Shown: positions 54,910-64,000 of the stretch, piece by piece
Numbering within the stretch: position 1 is the first letter of the stretch
Layout: the number at the start of each line of letters is the position of its first letter
DNA from: Nitrospirales bacterium
GTDB lineage: Bacteria; Nitrospirota; Nitrospiria; Nitrospirales; UBA8639
Direction: 5' to 3'
NCBI GenBank assembly: GCA_965203295.1
Contig: CBDBCZ010000013.1
Location: 192,001 to 256,000 of the forward strand
Length of the DNA stretch: 64,000 nt
Notes under the pieces: generated by a model
What the model was told of the DNA's origin: nothing
The model's database searches: none
What the model saw: the letters and a program-made list of their open reading frames with translations, nothing else
Translations under genes and position numbers: made by a program

Positions 54910-56177
54910 CGCATATGCGCCTCTCGACTTCGAACGCGGTGTCACGGCACTCTTCACAGCCTCATTAGCGTCTTTTATAGCCGCGGGGCTTATGGAGGTT
55001 GACAAAGACCCAGTGGGAGCTGGAAGAACCGAGTCTGCGGTCTTGAAATAGCGATAGAGGGCCATCTTCTCCGTCCGTACCGTGTCGCCTAAACACTAAC
55101 AGACACGTGTCAAAATTTTGGCAGTTCAAAATTTCACTGGTTGAAAATTTCGCAGTTCTTATTTTCGCGAAATCAGCACGGGCGCGAAAAGCGCGAAAAT
55201 TTGCACCATGCGAAAATTTCCCGCTATACGGTAGTAAGAATCCCATAGAGCATAAGAAGCTGAAAAGATGTGCATATACTAAATGGCTCAGAGCATGGGC
55301 AGCTCTATGTTCTAACTAGACCTCGGCTTTGCCTCGGCCTACTTAGAACATACCTGCCCATGCTCTAAGCTGTGTACAGAATGTACAAACAACCTGAAAA
55401 CAAAATTCATAGCTATAGATACTACAGTAGTAAGTCACTGATAAGGAGGACAATGTAAGGTCACATTAGTGTCTGTAAAAACAGGTGGTTTATACATACC
55501 TCAGGGCTGTGATTCTAGGTACTGTATAGTACTATCAGATTACTTGGAAGACAGATGTCATCATCAATGATTAAATTAGTGTACTCATCTCATGAATAAT
55601 ACTGCTACTGGAGATGCCTAGTCCATTGCCTCAAGAAGTAAAACCAGTGTATTTTTACTTATTTGCCTATTTGGTACTTGTCATAATGTATTCCTATAGT
55701 ATTATTACATGTTCTTCCTACCTGTATTACCGTGTGGTTATGATACCATTGCTCTAGTGTACATTTCTAGGAGCCTCGTTCCCAGGCCAGCAACATTTCC
55801 CCTTACACAAAAGCTGTCACAGGGCCTGGAATCTAAAGTCACGTGATCAGCTTACATCATTATCCACTTTGAAAGACGACTGCTATTCTTTACATTTTAC
55901 CAGAGGCTTTCTTTCAGTGATATGTCTGTGGCACAAATGGACTCGAAAGAAAAGCTACAAGTAATACAATTTCGATACCTTCACTCGTCTGAGAATTACA
56001 AGTGTACTCACACACGGTCATAATAACCACTCTACTGCTGTTCTATTTTTTGCCTGCACGTGACTTTAGATCCCAGATCCTGTGCCAACTTTTGGTTAGC
56101 TGAAAAGTCACGGGCCAGGGACTTTACAATTTCTGCTTCTGCTTATGGGTTGTGTACTTCGGTCTTCGCAATGCAGG

Positions 56178-59100
56178 ATGTCTGAGGGCAAACCCAGTGG
56201 GGCCGATCAGTCTACCTCGAATGGTGGGGGTGGAGGGGATCTAGGAGAGAGAATTGGTAAGCACTTTGCTCCAGAGTGTGCCCCTAGCTAGCCCTGGCAT
56301 CTGTATGTACTATACAGTGATGTATGTGGTAGGCAAGGTATAGCAAAGTACAACATTCGGATAATCACAGCACAATTAGGCAATACTTGACATTCCAGTA
56401 TTGTAGTACATTGTCGGACAAGCCTGAGCCTGTGTTTATGTGCAGCATGCAATGATCGAGTACTGCATTTGAGTTAGCCTCATTCCCAGGCCTTCCCCAC
56501 ACAAAATTATAGCAGGCACTTTCCTTGCAAGAGAATAGTAAACCAAATAGGAGTTGCCTAAGTCAAGCTTACTTTTCTCACACATGCTATGGTTTTCCGG
56601 AGGGTGCAGTCTCTGTTTGGGACAATTATCTAAGCCCCAGCAATGGGAGCAGGAAGACAAGCTATGCTGTTTAAAGCTTCCGTTTACATTGCTAGCATTT
56701 ATCTCCTCTGCCTATGCATTAGCTAGTATGTAAGCTATGCAAACACTACTGGTTTTAACTAGCCTAGGTATAATGTGATATATAAGTTTGTCCCGATATC
56801 TAACTGTTCATAATCCACGATAGTATCATCACACTTGGCAGCAGCACCAATTAATGTGTACATGTACCTCTCCCCGGGCCATGGGGCGATCCATTTTACT
56901 ACATGACTCCGGAACAAGGCTAACTAAGTTATCAGTTATGAATAAGATTAGGTAGACGGAAATAAGATTAGGTTGATGAACTTAGTTATCTTACAATAGC
57001 CAATGGGCTGGAGCCACACACAGTGCAAGGTGGCCTGCACCCTCTAAGGACAGATGATCAAGGGACCCATGTCCAGCAGGGACAAGAGCGAGGTTTGTTT
57101 TGACTACCCAAGTACAAAAATACAGGGGCTATACTACCCAAAGAAAAGGGGGTGTTAAAGATAGAATAGATCTCTGCATAGTGGAGTGTATAACCCGTTA
57201 TTACCGTGTAAGCCAAGGAAGATTCGTGGGCAAAGCCCGAAGAACTTTTGAGGCTTTCAAAGGAGATAACTTTCCCAAGTCATTGCGAAGTTTCTTCAAT
57301 TCCAACCTGAAGTTCACCACAAGTTCTTTAATTGCCGATGGTTCGACTACAGTGTTGTAGTTTTCTGCAAGGCATGGCAATGCAGTACAGAAGCACGACT
57401 TAAATGCTTAAACTCCAGACTAACTAACGGACAGAGACTATAGACAGAGCTACTAACAAATACGTTCTGTGGCTGGTGCCTGCCCTTGATCTTCGGCCTC
57501 CGCCCTGCTTCCAGCTTTGCTTCAGCATAACTTTCAGCTTCCTTCACCGTCGATCTTAAGCTTCAATTCTGCTTCCAGATTCGGCGTTACTCAGGTTTGC
57601 TCCCGCTGTCAAACTTTTAGCTTCGGCTCCGCTTTCAGCTTTGGCATCACTTTCAGCTTTGCTTCACTAACGCTTTGGCTCCGCTTCCAGCTTCGGCGTC
57701 ATCTTTCAGTCGGCGTGTGATGTTATCTTAGGTGGGTGGAGCTTGAAGCTGCACTCATTATTGAGTGGGAGTGGCTCAGGTGAGGAGTTATGACCAAAAA
57801 GTCCACTGCATAGTTTTATAAAGTATTATTTAGTGCTACTCATGTGACCTTCGACAAATCAGAAGTCTCAAAATCATCACATGACCGTGAATTAAATCGC
57901 CTAATGCACACTTAAGTGTGCTTTATCTAAATAGCGCACACTTTCTAAATAACGCCCAACAGATCTGTGGCTCTCTCAGGTCAGTGAGAGCACTAAATTC
58001 TTTAGTCACCAGCTGGCAGTGATTACAGGTTTGAATTAGTGCACTCGGACAATTAAGTAATGGTCTCAGGCGGATAATACACTCGCCTTCGGCTTGTGCA
58101 TTATCCGCCCTCGACCGTTACCTAATTGTCCGAGTGCACTAATTAAATCTCGTAATCACTGCTAACTGGTATCTAAATATTACTTATACTATACCTAAGT
58201 CATTCTAACCAATCAGATTTCAGCATTTCGCGTGGATAACGGATCATATTCTACCGCGGGAAAAAATATACCCCGATTGCCTACGTGAAACGGTACCCGG
58301 TTCCGTTCCAGTCGCTCAAACGGTGAGAAAACTACAGTAGCTGGTGCCTGGGGGAGCCTAGGCAGATCGTATGGCGGCTATTTTACTCATAAATCGTTGG
58401 AAAGTGATATGGAAAAGTATGGTAAGCTACTGTTTTCTGAGATTCTGTGTTTTTGTGCGTGTGGTAACGCTGCCAGTCTACCGTTTTGTGTCAAATGGCA
58501 CTAGGCTCGGGATGGATGGTTACTTACTATGGCTCCTAGCTGTCGTTCAGTCTTGCTACAGTTTCTGGGAATGTTTTCCTTGCTGTAGCTTAGCCTTCTA
58601 CTCCGTCGATCGAGTCTTGATGCTAGTTGGCCCGCTTGCTCTATCGTGCCGAACGGTGCAGCCTTTCAAGCTTCTAGCTTTTCTTACAGATCTACCAACT
58701 CTTGTTAGAATGACTTAGGCATAGTACAAAATAGATAGATCACTGCGTAGCGAGTTGTATGACCCGTTATCTACCTTGGGAAAAGTTATCTCCCTTGGAA
58801 GCCTCGGAAGTACCTCGGGCTTCGCCCTCGGAACTTCCTTGGCTTCCGCGGGAGATAACTTTTCCCGCGGTAGATAACGGGTCATACACCCCGCTACGCA
58901 GTGATCTATCCTATACTTATATACCATTTGGCAGTGCATTACCGGATTTAATTTGTGCGCAAGGAATATTAAGTAACGGTCTCGGGCGGATAATGCACTC
59001 GTCTTCAGCTCGTGTATTATCCGCCCGAGACCGTTCGAGCGCACTAAATATTAGTTAAAGTACCGTCCCGAGTGTACTATGTGAAATATTGCACGAGGGC

Positions 59101-62034
59101 GTGGGCGAGAGGCAAATATAGCACGAGGTGAAGCCGAGTGCTATATTTGGCCTCGAGACCATGCCCAAGTGCAATATTTCACGTAGTGCACGAGGGTATA
59201 CGGTACTTTAACTGGTTTATAGTATTTCACGTTTGAATTTTGTGCTGGTCCTGGAGGGATATGGCGTTTTTTGCTCACAGATCGTTCAACAATCGATGTA
59301 GAAAGCATGGTAAGCTGCTATTCTCAATGTATGCCTAGTTTTGTTGCGTTTCCGTCTGTCTGTACGCTGCAAGCTTACCGTTTTGTGCATCAAATAGCAC
59401 TGCTAGGCTCAAGGCTTTACTGGTACCATGGTAGCTAACGTGTTGTACCATGGATGAGCTCCGTATGGTTGTACCCATTTGCTAGGAGTGTTTGTCGTTT
59501 GTAGCTAGTACTGTCTCTTTACTAGCCCGTTTTTCTTGCCGTGTTGTGCCTATCAAGTGGCGCTTTTCGTGCATTTACCAATCTCTGTATCAACTGTCGC
59601 TGCCGTTTTTGCTCCTTTCAAGTACCTTTGCTTTGCCGCACTTGCAGCTGGCCCTGCTGCACTTTCGTGGATTCTGTTTACAGTTAATTGCAAAAAGTTC
59701 TCAATTACCCATGACCTGTTCTATATTGTACTTCCTGTGCTGTATGCGTTTTCATATAGCACTCTTCACACCATAACTGTGCTATATGGAAAATAAAGCA
59801 CACTTTTCACCTTTGATCCGCCCACGCAAAATACTATAATTAGTCCCGTAATGCACTGCCCTCTGGTATGTAAAGTATTTAGAGCTCTCACTAACATGAG
59901 ACAGCCATAGTTCTGTTGGGCGTTATTTAGAAGTGTGCATACTGCACACTTAAGTGTGCATTAAGCGATTTAATGCATGGTCATGTGATCTATTTTGAGA
60001 TTTCTGATTCGTCAAAGGTCACACGAGTAGCAATAAGTGAGCTTACTACAGCTTACAGGTTGGTAAAATCTGTTTGCGTAGCTTTGGTGTAAGTAGAGAT
60101 GTCGGAACTAGAAATGGAAAGTACAATTGAGCGATGTAAATGTGAATATCAAGCAGCCAATTCATCTGTGTACTCCTGTTACAGCCATAGCTGACCCTTG
60201 AAAATTATACTGTAATTAGAGATGTCATAAGTGTAAATACTATTCAGTCCCACTGCAATCTGTATGAGCAGAGGGTACTGTATTTTTAAAGATTTTACTA
60301 CTCTAACTATTTTAAATTTCTCCATGTAGGATTGCTGAATATAGTAACTGATTACTTCACCACACCAAAGAGTCTTGATGCTCAGCCGGTATGGAGCCTT
60401 GCGGATCAGTTAGAACAGTTGCTGTACCCTCCGACAGGCCCAAAGATGAATGCATCTGAGAATCCGGAGCTTTTTGCAAGAGTGATGAACGAATGTTATA
60501 CATTTGAACAAGTAAGCATTTAGCTTCTCTCTAGTGCATATAATAGGGAAGCAGTATAGGATCATTGCTTTGTTTCGTAATTTAGTGAGCTATATTTGTA
60601 GTAGCATATCAACAAGAACTCATTGTCTGAAACCTTTATCAGTACATGCATTATGCGTGTATCACTTCATCAGCTCTGAGTTGTTTGTGTAGTGTAACTG
60701 TCAGTTCCAACTGATAAAGTTCCACCTGCTGACATGTAACAATATGTTTATCATTGATATGCTATGAATAAGCTCACTAGACCAATACCATATTAGTGAA
60801 GGTTGGGGTATGTATTTCTATATTCCTACCATTCTCCATCCCATTCCTTGGAGGTTAACCTCGTGTTCCATGTTCCAATACCATATTCAAATATTCCTCG
60901 CTTCTCATTCTCATCATTCATCTCGTTTCATCCGTGCATTCATTCTGCTCAGTAGCAGGGTCTGCTATCTCATCACCATCCTTTTTCTCAAAGATAACTG
61001 CTTACGTGCGCAAAACAATATCAAGTACTTATAATACCAAGTACTTATAATACCGTATAGCGACCCATCAATTACAGCAACTCCATATATAGAAGAACCC
61101 GTCATCATTTCACCGCCCACTTCCTGAATAGTATGACCTCTCTCCTACAACAACCTCATGAATAATTTTATCTATCACAACCGTTATTACTGCAGCAATT
61201 GTTCTAAAAATCCTTCGGAATTTCAAAATTTATTACTAACGTTTGATAACCAGCAGCGTGTAGAGATCAAAAAATGTATATAGCTTGCAAGGCTGAAAAA
61301 CTCTTGCATGAAAGGCCATCATGTTTTCTAGAGTGAATCAATACCTGGAGATACATTTTCCTGTGTTGGAGAACCAGGTAACCCTCACAGTCCAGACGCA
61401 CTGATTGTAAAACTTTGCAATAGCAGCAATGTCGGCCATGTTCCAGACTTGCTCGCCCGTGTTTTGGTACCTATGCTGCGGGATAGAACGCATGGAGGGA
61501 ACTGATTGCTACGCCCTATGCTACCTGCTTTATATTACCCCATTGACACACCTATGAAGCTTGTATTGTGAAGTCTTACAGTTACGGCTCATTAGAAATA
61601 GTATAAGTACTTTGTATACCATAAATGGGCCCCTATCACAGTTACTGTAATCCATAGCCATACTGCGTTATAATGTGAAAACAAACACATCAGTTTGGGA
61701 TGTAGCTACACTTGTTTGGTACACAGGGGGCATACAGGCAGAGTGCTGCAAAGCAAGCATTACAAACACTGGTGAGAGGATGCCAACAAAACTTTGAGAG
61801 GGAATTTCCACTATACATCGCACTGTCATTTCGCATGAGTGTGCTGTAAGTTATCTGTGATTTTGTGTGTACATGCATATACAGGTGTAATAATGTTGTT
61901 GTGTTTATTTTTTACAGGAAAAAGGGTCTCTATCATTGTGATTTACTTTCCAAGTTTGTAGACGCTTCTGTACACCTCTTTGGAAGTCTGAAACCTAGTC
62001 AAATTGCCGGAACACTAAAAGGTTTCTCAAGCAG
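56178..62034 (+). CDS. 5' part of a second, diverged paralog of the RNF213-like gene; continues beyond the window
   Basis: In-phase exons 56178-56256 (MSEGKPSG..), 57000-57092, 60330-60511, 61727-61845, 61918-62034. The last three are homologous to exons 17848-17960, 22453-22574 and 22642-22758 of the first gene (e.g. NFEREFPLYIALSFR vs TFERDFPFYIALAYR), with identical intron phases. Confidence 0.75.
57835..60032. mobile_element. Cluster of long palindromic modules bracketed by ~190-bp inverted repeats (Crypton-like non-autonomous elements, tentative)
   Basis: 57835-58021 is the reverse complement of ~59850-60032; a third copy lies at ~22905-23115. Internal hairpins at ~58035-58145, 58734-58910, 58972-59036 and 59054-59212. 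Confidence 0.55.
61284..61505 (+). pseudogene. HIRAN-like domain remnant inside a degenerate pogo-type element (~61053-61640)
   Basis: Translation SCMKGHHVF*SESIPGDTFSCVGEPGNPHSPDALIVKLCNSSNVGHVPDLLARVLVPML shows the HIRAN E-P-x-N-x-H-x-x-x-A and VGHVP motifs with an in-frame stop. The element starts TA-CCGTATAG at 61051. Confidence 0.65.
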
Positions 62035-62472
62035 GTACCACCATATATTTTGCCATGATAATTACCTACATGTATATTGAATAGTTTTATTTAATAGACG
62101 AATTCATTAGAGATAATTTATTAAGAAATTTCATTTTTTATAAGCGGTGGCCAATAAATAAAATATTAGCCTGAAATAGTGACAATGTCTGATATTCACT
62201 CTTCACTTGCTGTGGTGAATAATTTGAGGGCCAAATAATTAGAAATTAGGTCGTAGACAAAAAGCATATTTGTGGCAGACCCGGGTAGAAATTGAATATA
62301 ATTCCGTTGCGTGTTTCGATTGGGCCTCTGTGTTTGAAACATGATATCTTTGAACTTTTGTTAAGGGTACGGCTAAAACACAGTGTAAACGCATTGATTG
62401 CCGAGCTCAGCGAGGCCAATAAACGCGTGCTATGGGCTCAACAATCTCAGCTAGTGTTTACATATATATATC

Positions 62473-63232
62473 TATCATGGAGTACGGTAGTACTCCATAT
62501 GTAGGGATGGCACGTAAAAAAAATGGCGGCCCCATATAACGCGTACAAAATCATACGTTAAGAACTCGGCTTTGATTATAGTCATAGGCTTTTATGAGCC
62601 ATATTATGACATCTCGAGTGTTTTCATCAGCAACAAGACTGTTGGCGTTGCTAGAAACCTTCGCTGGAGTACCAGACTGGCAAGTCGACACAGTGGAGGG
62701 GAGGGGCGTAGTCGTACAATTCTTTCTTCTTTCTTCAGCCAGGCTAGCACGATAATGGCTGAAGCGATCACAATGATTCAAGCGCAAACAAGCTGGATAT
62801 TCCCCGGGGTATTGCACTCGTAGCATAGCTTATTCAAAAAAATCGAATGGATTCAGCAGTGATTTACGAGTACTCTTGAGTGGACGCTTGCCGTTCCACG
62901 CCATTTAATGACTACTGTTCCGTTCCGTTCCGAGTTTTAGTTACCGCCCCGTTTACTTCACGTGTTCGTCTATTTAACGCCCACCTTTGATCGTGCCAGC
63001 TGTCCGGGCCTGAGCTGCATCTTCTGGATGTAAGTCACACGAAATCACACGAAAATTTAGCTATAATACACTTACTCACAAGGCTGATTATATGTTGGTT
63101 GGCCCTAGTCCAAACGGCTTCTGGCCAGAGGTACTGTTTAAGCGTTGTAAGTGGTCCGCAACAAATTTGCCTTGTTCTCTGGGCCTTTCTGTTTGCCTTT
63201 GTTATGTATCATTAGCCACTTTTGTCTATGAA
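62473..63232. repeat. Uninterrupted copy of the ~750-bp interspersed repeat also at 18978-22150
   Basis: Colinear similarity to the first copy; supplies the empty site for the 19079-21450 insertion. Confidence 0.85.
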
Positions 63233-64000
63233 TACTAGCACAAGCAGAAAAGCCTTGGAAAGGAGGTTTATCGCATCCGGACAACCCCTACCATCCGGAG
63301 GCCCCCTCGCTTACTCTATTGGAGGGGGCAGTCAGCTATTTGTGACACTAGAAAATGCAATACATATAATTGTCCTCGGAGATAATTCATATAGAGTACG
63401 GTACTAGCTACTCCATAATAAATGCTAGGGCAGCTCCCCTTGCTAGCTGTAATGCCGACTTTGACAAGAAAAGGGCAACCTCACATGCCAGTTACATAGC
63501 TGATCCTGACACAGAGACCTTTCCCCCCCATGCACATACAGACGAAGGCCTTCTTGGTGCTGACTGGGGTACAAGTCGAAACCTATACTACATGCAATCA
63601 TCCGCAAACACATTCCATCCCAACACTATCCCTACACCATACACAGTTACACCAACACATTTGTTACTACCTCCCAAAAAACACCCCAAAACAAGTTACA
63701 GAAAAAGCACTTTGCCAAAAAGTGCAAAAACAAGGTATGTAGGGATGCACTTTCACCAAAAAACACTTCCCCAAAAACCAATGAAACAAGCAACAGTGCA
63801 CACCACAATGCATGCACAGACTACCCACACATCACAGTGCAATGCATTTACCACGTAGCTACCATCCCTACATCTTTCCAACCACACCCACCACAATCTG
63901 TACCATGCCCCCATACTCAACAGCACACCGAATACTTCCTTTAACACACACAACCATCCACAATCATCATCAACCATGACACCTCGTCTCCATCCAACAA

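Larger units (their letters stand above)
53005..55231 (-). mobile_element. Internally deleted pogo-family element (~560 bp) interrupted by an IS3EU insertion
   Basis: TA-flanked TIRs CCGTATAGCGGGAAATTTTCGCA / TGCGAAAATTTCCCGCTATACGG. The ORF from 55065 (MALYRYFK..SKSRGAYA) continues in frame after removing the insert as KHTPEQQAAIGKYASMHGNKAAVRH, a Brinker-like HTH typical of pogo transposase N-termini. Confidence 0.85.

Noticed and set aside
57347..57720. ORFs with AEAKLE-like repeats
   Set aside because: They come from a degenerate ~18-bp tandem repeat with stops and frameshifts inside an intron of paralog 2.
63370..63977. 162-aa His/Thr/Pro-rich ORF
   Set aside because: It lies in CA-rich low-complexity sequence with no domain and no similarity to the expected next exon (GDFTFDIKLKN.. 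in paralog 1).

Overview
This is intron-rich eukaryotic (metazoan) DNA. The short introns and MITE families suggest a demosponge, but that is inference. Four genes are supported. (1) A two-exon secreted 6-Cys peptide gene (2-343, minus). (2) A ~13-exon EF-hand protein gene (2912-9969, minus). (3) Head-to-head with it, a giant RNF213/mysterin-like AAA+ gene (12434-47986, plus; ~60 exons, ~5,200 aa by my exon sum). It keeps the active AAA3/AAA4 motifs, shows no recognisable RING or RZ finger, has a ~120-aa insertion in AAA3, and ends in a spliced SAM domain. (4) The 5' end of a diverged tandem paralog (56178-62034, running off the window) with matching exon phases and a matching upstream promoter motif. 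Introns and the intergenic region are dense with non-autonomous DNA transposons (AcademH-like, hAT5-like, pogo-like, IS3EU, Kolobok-like, Helentron/HINE-like, palindromic Crypton-like), including two nested insertions that can be proved from the sequence. Exon boundaries were inferred by eye from GT-AG sites and frame continuity; no database search was run.
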